From: Cenococcum geophilum | Taxonomy: Eukaryota | Assembly: GCA_050273025.1 (NCBI GenBank) | Contig: CP158635.1 | Coordinates: forward strand, 15,004,001-15,068,000 | Direction of reading: 5' to 3' | Length of the DNA stretch: 64,000 nt | Shown here: positions 35,791-47,254 of the stretch, one piece after another | Layout of the letters: every line of letters begins with the position of its first letter | Position numbering within the stretch: position 1 is the first letter of the stretch | The notes under the pieces: model-generated | The model's input: the letters and a program-made list of their open reading frames with translations, nothing else | What the model was told of the DNA's origin: nothing | Database searches by the model: none | Program-made: the position numbers and the translations under genes

Positions 35791-38453
35791 GTGGTGTTCA
35801 CGGCTCGGCTGAGCGCCCGATTAGTCGCTGAGCCGCACATAATATATACAACCCCCGTCGACATTCGCGGATATCCACGGCCGAGCCTATAGCCAAGCCG
35901 TGGACATCTTCGAATGTCTTTACCCCTACTAATCGAGTTGCTAATGCGCGCGTACTATTGGCCTATTGGCCTAGCCGTGCGCCTGTTTATTTACCCTATG
36001 CGGTAAGATCACTTATCTAGTAGGTATGCTTTCTCTACCTCTCCTCCCTAGTTTATGTCTGCGTATATAGGAAAATAAAAACCCCCCCTTAGGGCGCAGC
36101 TTCTCTAGCAGCGTCCTATATATCTTAAAAATGCCGTTAATTAGTCGCGTAAAGATTAACATTATAAATAATGCCGAACTACGCGCTAACGTGTAGAGTA
36201 TCCTTACCCTTATGTATTTTAAGAGACCTAAAAATACGTCTCTAAATTATAAGCTAAAGTAGAAAGAGTTTAAGGTAAGTAGGTAGGTGCTTTATGGAGT
36301 AGTATACTTATAACTAACGCGCGTCTTCCTAGGCCTTTTATAAGTGGAAGTAGTACTATAATAATAATACTGTTACAGAAGAGAAGCTACTTCTTTTCCT
36401 TATTAAGGAGGTTATAGGCCGGCTACTAAAAGTAAAAAGCTGTAAGGCTAGTAATAATATACCCTAGGATAAGACGCGGCTCTCCTAGCGCTTAGTTTAT
36501 AATTATATTACTACCCTAATAGACCTCTACTAGACGTAGAAGGGTATAGGGATAAATAGCTACTAGTCCCCGCGGGAGGATAACGTTAGGGATTACCTAA
36601 AGGTTCTATAACGGAGAGACGCGTAGTAGGAAAAGGAGTAGTTTATAGATAAGGGTAGAGATATACTACTTAACGGATATATAGAGGACGAGTTTAAGAG
36701 CGTTTACTACAAGCTATAGGCCTACGGAGACTCCTTACTAGAATGCTACCTTTATACGCTTATAGATATTCTATTAGGCCACTATATGCTTACCTACGGC
36801 AGTAATAGGTGCTCCGCCAAGATCTTAAACCTATTTACCTTTAAGTTTAAGGGGGAAGGTCCTACGCGCTATATACCCTAATATTTACTATACGCGCTAG
36901 TAAGTAGAACTAGTATAGCCGCCTTACGACTATTAGAGCTCTATATAATAAGAAGCCGCTTATCTATATACTTAGTAGGCTAGTTTTTTACCTCCTATAT
37001 TACTAGGACCTTAGTAATAAGCCGTTCCTAAACTTTGGTAAATAGTTAGCGTAGTATAATATCCGCCTAATTAGGAGTAGCGCTAGGGACTATAAAACGG
37101 CCTTCTTATATAACTTATAGCGGGAGTAGGTTACTAAGGTATTTTAGGCCGTTAGCGTCTTCTTATAAAAGAAGACCTATATTAGGCAAAGCGCTAGCGC
37201 TAAAATAGTAGAGCTAAAAGGGGTTAGTAAGGACTAGATTAGACGCGCTAGTAGGTAGAACTAAAAGTAGATAGTTAGCTATTACTTAAACTTACTACCG
37301 TGGGAGTTTATACAGATAATAGCTGGCTATTTACCGTAGATAGGCTGCTTTAAGATTTGTAGGGTAAGTATTACCCCCCTTAATATACTACTGTTGATAA
37401 TCTAGCTAGAGCTAGACATTTAAAAGGGTTAGTTTAGCCCTTAGGTTGGCTAGGTTAATAACCTTATGGCTATAAGCGCTATAAACCTCCTATTTTATCT
37501 CTAGAAGGTTATTTTATAGAACTTAGTAGTCCTCCGCGAGATATTCCTAAGTAGCCCTATATAGAACCACCCGGTCTTTTAGTATAAAGCCTATCTACCC
37601 TTTATATGGAAGGTTAAAGCCTACCTATAATAGGAGGAAGAAGGCCCTAGCTAGCTATTAATACTCTACTAGGCCGTACTAGCTATTATAGACTGCCTAA
37701 AAACTATAGACGCCTAAGTACGTAAGCTATAGGCATTATTTAACTATATAGCTAAGTCCTAGTAGGCGTAGTCTTTATAGCTTTAATTACTTATATTTAG
37801 TAGCCTTACCTTTCAGCTTAAGGTCCCTTTAGTATCCGTATATTTACGTCTAATAGCACACCTATTAATAGTATGTTTACTAATAGCACGTTTATTAGCG
37901 CCTCTATTTATTACGGAATTAAGCTAAAATATATTAGCCTAGGTAAGTACTATAGCTTCCTCTTTATTAGCGCCGCCGCAGCTATAGCTATAGCTATAGC
38001 TATAGTAAGGGCCTAAGCCCAAGCAGCTGCCTAAGTAGCCGCCTATATATTATATATACTATACGGTAAAGTCCGTATAGGCCCTTTAGCGTAAGTAGAC
38101 TAAAGGGCTTAGAGGTAATCCTTTTATAGTAGCGCTAGATTCTAAATAGGGCAGTAAATAATAGGCTGGCTAGTAGAACAAGCTCTAATAGTACTCCCTA
38201 TAGCTTAAGGTTATTAAGGAAATTAAGTAGGTTATATAGGCCTAGAGGGTTAGCGAGAAAGCGGCTATATAATAGGTTAATTAACAGTAGGAGCGGATAT
38301 AGTGCTTATTAAATTAGCTTTATAAACGGCTTTAAATAGATAAAAAAGCTTTAAAATAGTATATATATCTAACTTCTAAGGAGTCCTCTTAAAGCCTTTA
38401 TCTATAGCCCCTTAGGGGCTTATTTTAGTGCGGTATAAGTTTAATAGGGTACT
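35791..38453 (+). mobile_element. Crypton (CryptonF-like) copy 1
   Basis: ~2.66-kb core gtggtgttc...gggtact flanked on both sides by TATATA. No TIR or LTR. Encodes a YR plus GCR1_C-like relic. Confidence 0.88.
36131..38360 (+). pseudogene. Crypton tyrosine recombinase (NDC10_II-like) with GCR1_C-like domain, one intron at ~36274-36332
   Basis: Reverting RIP transitions by eye across copies gives HYMLTRGGDRR...EGEGPTRCMPLIFT...GKQNQHGR...KKTHIGRSAGA...IRRAGRWNQEQMVGCYLNSLP and a C-terminal ALWREWTEGLGGNPSVAALDSKWGSRWR. The intron has GTAAGT..CTAAC..CTAG. Confidence 0.85.
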
Positions 38454-38471
38454 TATATAATAGCGGCGCCT

Positions 38472-41400
38472 TAATAACCTTAATCTAACCTAAATAAAAT
38501 TCGGAAATAGCGGAGCTCTTACTGCACCTAGCCTAAAAAGACTAAAACCAACTAAAAGAACCCTAAAAAACACCTAGAGAATCCCCCTAAGATATATATA
38601 TTGTAGGGGAGGCATATATTAAATAACGGTAGTTTATACTTATACGCGTCCACCAAAACCACGTCTAGTAATAGCCCTCTATAATAAAAACGGGCGAATA
38701 CCATACTATAAAGCAGAAAGACCTCTATTAAGAAGGCATTTAATAAAATATAAAGCCTATTAGACGCGGTTAGTATCTATAGTTATAGAGGAGTAACTAT
38801 TAGCTATAACAAACTAATGCAGCTAGTAGAATGGCTCCGCTAGTTTAGCGAACCCTAGGCGCCCCTCTAGTAAACCCTTAATTAAATCCTCTAACGGCTA
38901 AGCAAAATTAAAAATAAATAAAACCCCTCTTTACCGGCGAACCGTACCTAGGCCGCCATAGCTATATATCTATAGTATAGGGAACCTACCCCCCTAAAGA
39001 CAATATCTAGGTATATAATTATAATATAACTAAATATAGAAAAAGTAGAAGAGCTTAGAGGATAATTAGAAATAGAAGTCCTTATGGAGATTTATAAAGA
39101 GGTTTATAACAGTATTATAGTCTAATACCTTAGGAGTAGAGATATTAGAGTTACCCTAAGGGACTAATAGGTAAAGGAACGAGCTATTAGGGTAGGGAAT
39201 AAGCTAGGAGAACGTATTAGTATAAAAGTGCTTTATAAAGATTACCTAGTTAAAGTCCTAGTGGTTCCCCTAAGCCTTAGGGTAGAAAAGGGACGCTAGG
39301 CGGATAATATAGTAACTATATATAAGATAGTAAAACAAACGGAACGCCTTATACTAGGACTTAAGATTACCTAAATTTAATAGCTTTAATAGGAAAATAT
39401 AAACTAAGTATATAATAAGAATAATAAAAGAATACAAGGGTCGCTAGAGACTCGCTAGGGAAACGCCGGTTAAATATATAGCTCCCTTATTATTAGCATA
39501 TATATACTAGAAATACAAAAACTCCTTATTTAAAAAGGTATTATTATAAATAGCCTTATATATAACGTAAGGCTCTATAACTATAAACTCCGCCTAAAAT
39601 AATACTATTGCTATGTATAATAGGGACACACCTAATCTATATACGCAGTATAGGTGTGCTACGGCTACTATATAGGCCCCTATAATATAAGACACTGCTT
39701 AAATTAAAACTAAATAAAATACGTAAACTGCCACTAAAGCATATATAAGGCGTAGAAGAGAGTAGATTATATTAAATATAGGAGATAGAAGGTAAGGGCT
39801 TAACAGCTATAGAAATAACTATATACTAGGTTATATAAATAGAAATAATAGGTAATAAGCTAGGGGGGCGCGGGTGCCTTTCTAGCGTTTCCTACCTTTA
39901 ATACTAGGGGGCTAGGCCAGCCATCCCAAGCCTTAATGGGCTAGAAGCGACGCCACGTAATATTACTAGACTGTATAGGGATATAAGGGTTACAGGGGAT
40001 ATAAGGGAGAGGATACCCTATAGGAAGACCCTTATAGACAGCTATAGCAAGCTTAAGACTAGGATAATTAAGAATTAGACTTAACGCGGTAAATATAACA
40101 TTTATAGCTAACTCTTAAAGGGTATATAGCTAACTAGTAAGAATAGGGGAAGAACTGGAGATAATAACAGATTTAGATATAGAAGCGCTAGTAGAAATAT
40201 AAGATATGGAAATAGAAAGCTCTATATAAAATAAGTAGTAACTAGGGTATAGATATAAGAGATAGAAGTTCTAAATATCCTAAAGAAAGTAGAAATAGAA
40301 GAAGTAAGGAATAAAGGAGAGGCGAAGGACCCTCGCTGGGGGTTTACTACCTATCTATTATATAGTATAACTGCGGTAATACAAACTACCGTCTCGCAAG
40401 GCCTTTACTAGATAGCCTAGACCTAGAGAAATACTATATCCTTACTATACAAGAGCCGTATTATAATGCCTATATATAATTAATATACTACCCCTAAGGA
40501 TTCTAGCTTCTATATGAACTAAAAGTAGCTATACGCGTATACTTTATAATTAGTAAGGCTATTAGCCTATCCTTATAGTTATAGCAGGCAGTTAACCTAG
40601 ATATTATAGTTATAACAATCCAGATATATAAGGGACTAGTATAGATTATTAATATGTATAACCCTAGGGTTAAAGGGGTCCTATAAACAGAGAATATTAT
40701 ATTAATAATAAGCTTACTAAAAACCGAAGGTATAGAGTCTATTTTATTAGGAGATATAAACCTCCACTACCCGTAGTAGGAGGGTATCTATATTACTACT
40801 AAATAATAAGTAGAGTACCTACTAAGAGCTATAAATACCTAGGGCCTTAAGCTGGCCACCCCCTTAGGAGTAATTATATAGCAATAAGACACCGCCAGAA
40901 GTATAATTAACCTTATATTTATAGACGAAGGCCTATACTAGAGACTTAAAAGGTACAACCCTAAAGAAGAATAGGTACTCGCTCTAGACCATATCCCTAT
41001 CTAAATATAGCTAGATCTAAATATTAAGGCGTAACCTAATAGTAAAAGATATATAATAAGAAAGCTTAAGACAAACAGCTTCCTTAATATAGTTAAATAA
41101 CAACTTTAAGGCCTAGAAGAAATCCACCCAATACTAAATAAGCGAGGCTTATTAGCTACCCCTAAGGAAATCGACCAAAGACTAGAAAGGATTTAGATAG
41201 CAATTAAAAATAGGCTAAAAAAGTACTGCCCGGTCTTAAAACTAGGCCCCTATACGCGATATATATGGTCTATATAATGCGCGGTTCTTATTACTAGCTA
41301 ATAATAAGTAAAAAGAAAATATATAAGTAGCTATAATCCTAAAGATAAGAGATAATATAAAGATATAAGAAACCAGCTAAAGAATACCCTAAAAAAAGAA

Positions 41401-44040
41401 GTAAGGAATAGCTGAAGATGGTTTATAAATAAGTATACTACTAACCTAAGCCTCCCCTATAATAAAGGTCTCTAGAGAATAGTAAAATAGGTAAAGAAAA
41501 AGGCGGGACGCCTAGTAGAAGACCTATACCTTCCGCCCCTACGAAGACTAGGTAAATTACTGGCTATAAGCAACAATAATAAGAAGGTAAAGATCCTTAT
41601 AGAAAGATTTTCCCCTTAACCAGCTTTAGTAGACCTTAGTAATATTATAGGTAAAGCACCGGTAACTTGCTTAAGGGTTAATAGTAATATAATAATTAAA
41701 GAAATGGCCAGAACTATTAGCCGCCTTTTAAATAATATAATACTAGGACTAGATAGGATCTTAAATAAAGCCCTAAAGACCTATGGACTACTAATAGCAC
41801 TTTGGCTTATAAATATAGCTAGAGTATACTTTGTAATAGGCTACTACCCAAGACTTAGAAGAGCTATAACAACGTTTATCCTATATAAAGAAGGTAAAGT
41901 AGACTACTTACTTCTAGGGAGCTACCGCCCTATTGCCTTACGGTAATAGCGAATTATATAGTAGATACGGCTAAGGAATATGCCTTACTACTACAAAGCT
42001 AAATAGGGGTAAGAAAGAACCGCTTAACACTATTAGCACTTACGCTACTTGCTACCACTATTAAATCTATATAGGCGATGTGAAAGGACTTTATAGTATT
42101 AATACTTAGCCTAGATATTAGTAGCGCCTATAATAACGTACCCTATAAGCGTCTCCTATATATTCTTAGGGTAAAAGGCTTCCTAGAATAGATTATATAA
42201 TTTATTTAAGGGTTTATAGGTTAAAAAGAAATATTATTAGTCTTTAGCGGATATTAAAGCCCCCTTATTATAGTTGCAACAGGAATACTATAAGGATTAC
42301 CCCTCTTACCTATACTCTTCCTTTTCTTTATAAGCAACCTACTTAACTTCTTTAAGGAAGGGGTGACCTAGGGGATAGGCTTTATTAACGACACAAACCT
42401 AATTATATATGGGCTAATAGCCGTAGAAAATTATAGAACACTAAAAAAAGCTTATAATACCTATATAAAATAGGCAAGACAATATAAAGTCTAATTCTTA
42501 CTAGAGAAATACTAGCTAATCTATTTTATAAGAAAACGCAACTAATCTATAGATCTTTAGCATATAATTTATATTTAAGGCTTTAGGGGTTAACTAGTTT
42601 AGGGCCTAAGAGTATTAGGAGTATAGGTAGATAGTAAGCTCTAATAGAGCGTATATACGGCGTAAGCGGCCTATAAGGGCTAAGTATAGTATATTATATT
42701 ATCTAGGATTGTTAACTCTATATAAGGTCTATACTTTTAAAGGTCACGCCTACTATATATAGTAGTTGTCCGGCTAACCATAATATATAGGTCCAGTATT
42801 TGGGCCATTAGAGAATCTAAGAAAGGCCCCCCTAAATCGCTCCTTAAACCACTCTAAAAGGTCTAAATAGCCTGCCTCTAGAGTATAATAGGCGGATATA
42901 AGCAAATGGCTATAGTACTACTTAAGAAGGAAGCTAATATTCCCCCCCTATAACTATATATTAAAGCCGCTGCAATATAAAGGGCGTAAAAGAAACGTAA
43001 CTCTAATATTATAAAGTATATTAAGATACGCCTAAATAAACTATAGAGGGACCCTAGGGCGCCTTATAGGAGAATAAACTAATAACCCTAAAGTAGGGAA
43101 GATATATTGGAGAAATAGGTAAAAAAAGTAGAAGAAAAATAGTGCTGCTTTAGGGCCTAGGCCTATATAGAGGAGAAAAGGAAACGTATAAGAGGCCAGT
43201 AAGGATAATAGTAAGAAAGAGAAAGGAGCTAAAGTAGAGTATAAAAGAACGCTAGGAAACCATCTACTATAATATAATACTGGCTGGACTAACGCTAGAG
43301 AGGTATATAGGAGTTAAAGGTATAGAGGCTAACTAAGGTAAGAGAAACCTAGGCTGTAGCATAGTTAACGCTATAAGGGGTAAACACCCTAGGGCTTTAA
43401 AAAGGCCTAATAAAGGTAGAAAATATAATAGTAATACTCTTAAGAATAGGAATAATAGGACTAAAAGACTAGCTCTACTAGGTGGGTATCCTAGTAAATA
43501 GCCTAAAATATAAATATAGCTAGCTAAAATAGACACTAAAATACGTAATACTGTTATGCCCCTTATACACTAACTAAGAAGTAATACTCTTAGTAGCTAG
43601 TATAGAGAACTATAAGACACTACTCTTAATATAAAAAGGCCTTAAGGCGGTTACCTAGTGGCTTATTAGCTAAAATATACTAAACTAGTTTTAGGTTATA
43701 AAGGAAATAATAATAGAGGGTAGGGGGGCGAGTAATGGGCGCCCCCTAATAACTCTATAGTAGTAGAGTAAAGTATACAATACTAGCGCGTCCGTAGGCT
43801 TATTACGGCAGTAGTGGTTCCTAAAGAGGTTAAAAAGTAAGGTAGTAGGAGCACTATAGGTGACTTATAGGCGCCTTATAGGCGCCTTATAGGCGAGTCC
43901 TAAAAGGTAAAAAGATAGATTACGGGGTTTTCTTAAGTTAAGTCTTTCTTAAGTTGAGTTTTCTCCCTATATATAAATAAGGAGTAGTCCGCGTAGGCCC
44001 AATAGGGATCTAAATTAAACGTTAAGTAATAAATTATTAT
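38472..44040 (+). mobile_element. LINE (Tad1-like) non-LTR retrotransposon, apparently full length, RIP-inactivated
   Basis: 14-bp TSD TAATAGCGGCGCCT (38458-38471 and 44041-44054) and a short (ATT)n tail. ORF1 has degraded Cys/His knuckles (~39600-39740). ORF2 carries endonuclease and RT motifs. Confidence 0.9.
40350..43750 (+). pseudogene. LINE ORF2 relic (apurinic endonuclease + RT)
   Basis: ILTIQEP (~40438), GDINLH (~40750), LDHIPI (~40984), GSYRPIAL (supplied ORF 41704-41946), GIL*GLPLLPILFLF (~42282), GFINDT (~42378). Confidence 0.85.
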
Positions 44041-44314
44041 TAATAGCGGCGCCTAATCTAAAATGTAAATATCTCTATTAACCTATAGCTAATTCTTACC
44101 ATCCTAGTGCGAGTAAAGAGCCTTTAGATAGCTTTACGCATACTATTTAACAGGTATTAAAAGCGTAATATTACTACGGCGTTACTGGCGATTAAAGATC
44201 AACTGTAGATATAGGGTAATATCTATATAGCGCTAAGCGTACGGGCCTTCTACCTACTAAATCGTGACTTAATAGCTAATTTAGCTATATAAATTAAACC
44301 GTAAATATACTATT

Positions 44315-46976
44315 AGTGTTTATAGCTTAGCTAAGCGCCCGCTTAGTCGCTAAGCCGCATATAATATATATAACCCCTATTAATATTTACAGATGTTTAT
44401 AGCTAAGCCTACAGCTAAGCCGTGGATATCTTTAAATATCTTTACCCCTACTAATTAAGTCGCTAATACGCGTATACTATTAGCCTATTAGCCCAGCTGT
44501 GCGCCCGTTTATTTACCCTATGCGGTAAAATTACTTATCTAGTAGGTATGCTTTCTCTACCTCTTCTCCCTAGTCTATATCTGCGTATATAGGAAAATAG
44601 GAACCCCCCCTTAGGGCGCAGCTTCTTTAGCAGCGTCCTATATATCTTAAAAATGCTATTAATTAGTCGCGTAAAGATTAACGTTATAAATAATGCTAAA
44701 CTACGCGCTAATACGCAGAGTATTCTTACCTTTATATATTCTAAGAGACCTAAAAATACGTCTCTAAATTATAAGCTAAAGTAGAAAGAGTTTAAGGTAA
44801 GTAGGTAGGTGCTTTATAGAGTAGTATATTTATAACTAACGCGTGTCTTTCTAGGCCTTTTATAAGCAAAAGTAGTATTATAATAGAAATACCGTTATAG
44901 AAAAGAAGCTACTTTTTTTTCTTATTAAGGAGGTTATAGGCCGGCCACTAAAAGTAAAAAGCCGTAAGGCTAGTAATAATATGCCCTAGGATAAGACACG
45001 GCTCTCCTAGCGCTTAGTTTATAGCTATATTACTACCCTAACGGACCTTTATTAGACGTAGAAGGGTATAGGGATAAATAACTACTAGTCCCTACGGGAG
45101 GATAATATTAGGGATTACCTAAAGGTTCTATAATAGAGGGACGCGTAGTAGGAAAAAGAGTAGTTTATAGATAAGGGTAGGGATATACTACTTAACGAAT
45201 ATATAGAGGATAAGTTTAAGAGCGTCTACCGCGAGCTATAGGCCTATAGAGACTTCTTACTAAAATACTACCTTTATACGCTTATAGATATCCTACTAAG
45301 CCACTATATACTTACCTATAGCGGCAATAGGCGCTCCGCCAAGATCTTAAACCTATTTACCTTTAAGTTTAAAGGGGAAGGTCCTACGCGCTATATGCCC
45401 CTAATATTTACTATACGCGCTAGTAAGTAGAACTGGTATAGTCGCCTTAAGACTATTAGAGCTCTATATAATAAAAAGCCGCTTATTTATATGCTTAGTA
45501 GGCTAGCTTTCTACCTCCTATATTACTAGGACTTTAGTAATAAGCTATTTCTAAACTTTAGTAAGCGGTTAGAGTAGTATAATATCCGCCTAATTAAGAG
45601 CAGTGCTGGGGACTATAAGACGGCCTTTTTATATAACTTATAGTGGAAGTAGGTTACTAAGGTATTCTAAGCCGTTGGCGTCTTCTTATAGAAGAAAACC
45701 TATATTAGGTAAAGCGCTAGCGCTAAAACAGCGGAGCTAAAAGGGTTTAGTAAGGACTAGATTAGACACGCTAGTAGGTAAAACTAGAAGTAGATAGTTA
45801 GCTACTATTTAAACTTGCTACCGCGGGAGTTTATATAGATAATAGCCGGCTATTTACTGTAAATAGGCTGCTTTAAGATTTATAGGGTAAGCGTCGCCCC
45901 CCCTAATATACTACTGTTAACGATCTAGCCAGAGCTAGATATCTAGAAGGGTTAGTTTAGCCCTTAAGTTAGTTAAGTTAACAACCTCGCGGCTATAGGC
46001 GCTATAAACCTCCTATTTTATCTCTAGAAGGTTATCCTATAGGACTTAGTAGTCCTCCGCAAGATATTCCTAAGTAGCCCTATATAGAACCACCCGGTCT
46101 TTTAGTATAAGGCCTATCTACCCTTTACGCGGAAGGTTAAAGCCTACCTATAATAGGAGGAAGAAGGCCTTAGCTAGCTATTAATACTTTACTAAGCTAT
46201 ACTAGCTATTATAAACCGCCTAAAGACTATAGACGCCTAAGTATGTAAGCTATAAGTATTATTTAACCGTATAGCCGAGTCCTAGTAGGCGCAGTCTTTA
46301 TAGCTTTAATTGCTTATATCTAGCAGCCTTACCTTTTAGCTTAAGGTCCCTTTAGCATTTATATATTCGCGTCTAATAGTATACTTACTAATAGTATATC
46401 TATTAATAGTATATCTACTAGCGCCTTTATCTATTACGGAATTAAGCTAGGATATATTAGCCCGGGTAAGTACTATAGCTTCCCCTTTACTAGCGCCGCC
46501 GTAGCTATAGCTATAGCTATAGCCGTAGTAAGGGCCTAAGCCCAAGTAGCTGCCTAAGTAGCCGCCTATATATTATATATGCCGTATAATAAAGTCCGTA
46601 TAGGCCCTTTGGCGCAAGTAAACTAAAGGGCTTAAAGGTAATCCTTCTATAGTAGCGTTAGATTCTAAATAGGGTAGTAGATAGTAGGCTAGCTAGTAGA
46701 ATAAACTCTAATAGTACTCCCTACGGCTTAAGGTTATTAAGGAGATTAGGCAGATTATATAGGCCTAGAGGGTTAGCGAGGAAGCGGCTATATAGTAGGT
46801 TAATTAATAGTAGGAGTAAATGCAGTGCTTATTAGATTAGCTTTATAAACGGCTTTAAGTAGGTAGAAAAGCTTTAAAATAGTATATATATCTAACTTCT
46901 AAGAAGTCCTCTTAAAGCCTTTATCTATAGCCCCTTAGGGGCTTATTTTAGTGCGGTATAAGTTTAGTAGGGTACT
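44315..46976 (+). mobile_element. Crypton copy 2 (ORF relic ~44653-46880)
   Basis: Collinear with copy 1. Followed by TATATA and the tail. Period to copy 3 is 2940 bp. Confidence 0.9.
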
Positions 46977-47254
46977 TATATAATAGCGGCGCCTAATCTA
47001 AAATATAAATATCTCTATTAATCTATAGCTAATTTTTACTATCCTAGTTCGAGTAAAGAGCCCTTAGATAGCTCTATGTATACTACTTAATAGGTATTAA
47101 GAGCGCGACATTACTACGGCGTTGCTAGCGATTAAAGATCGACTATAGATATAGGGTAATATCTATATAGCGCTAAGCGTACGGGCCTTCTACCTACCAA
47201 ATTGTAACTTAGCGGCTGATTTAGCTATATAAATTAAACTATAGATATACTATT

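Noticed and set aside
37981..38004. (GCTATA)n microsatellite in each Crypton copy
   Set aside because: Probably a RIP-converted low-complexity coding linker within the ORF, not a separate feature.
35791..38453. Host Ndc10/Gcr1 gene or Starship captain
   Set aside because: High copy number, RIP damage and the compact YR + GCR1_C layout fit Crypton. No DUF3435-type features were recognised.
41704..43536. Supplied ORFs 41704-41946 and 43333-43536 as genes
   Set aside because: The first is a stop-free fragment of LINE ORF2; the second is an antisense chance ORF.
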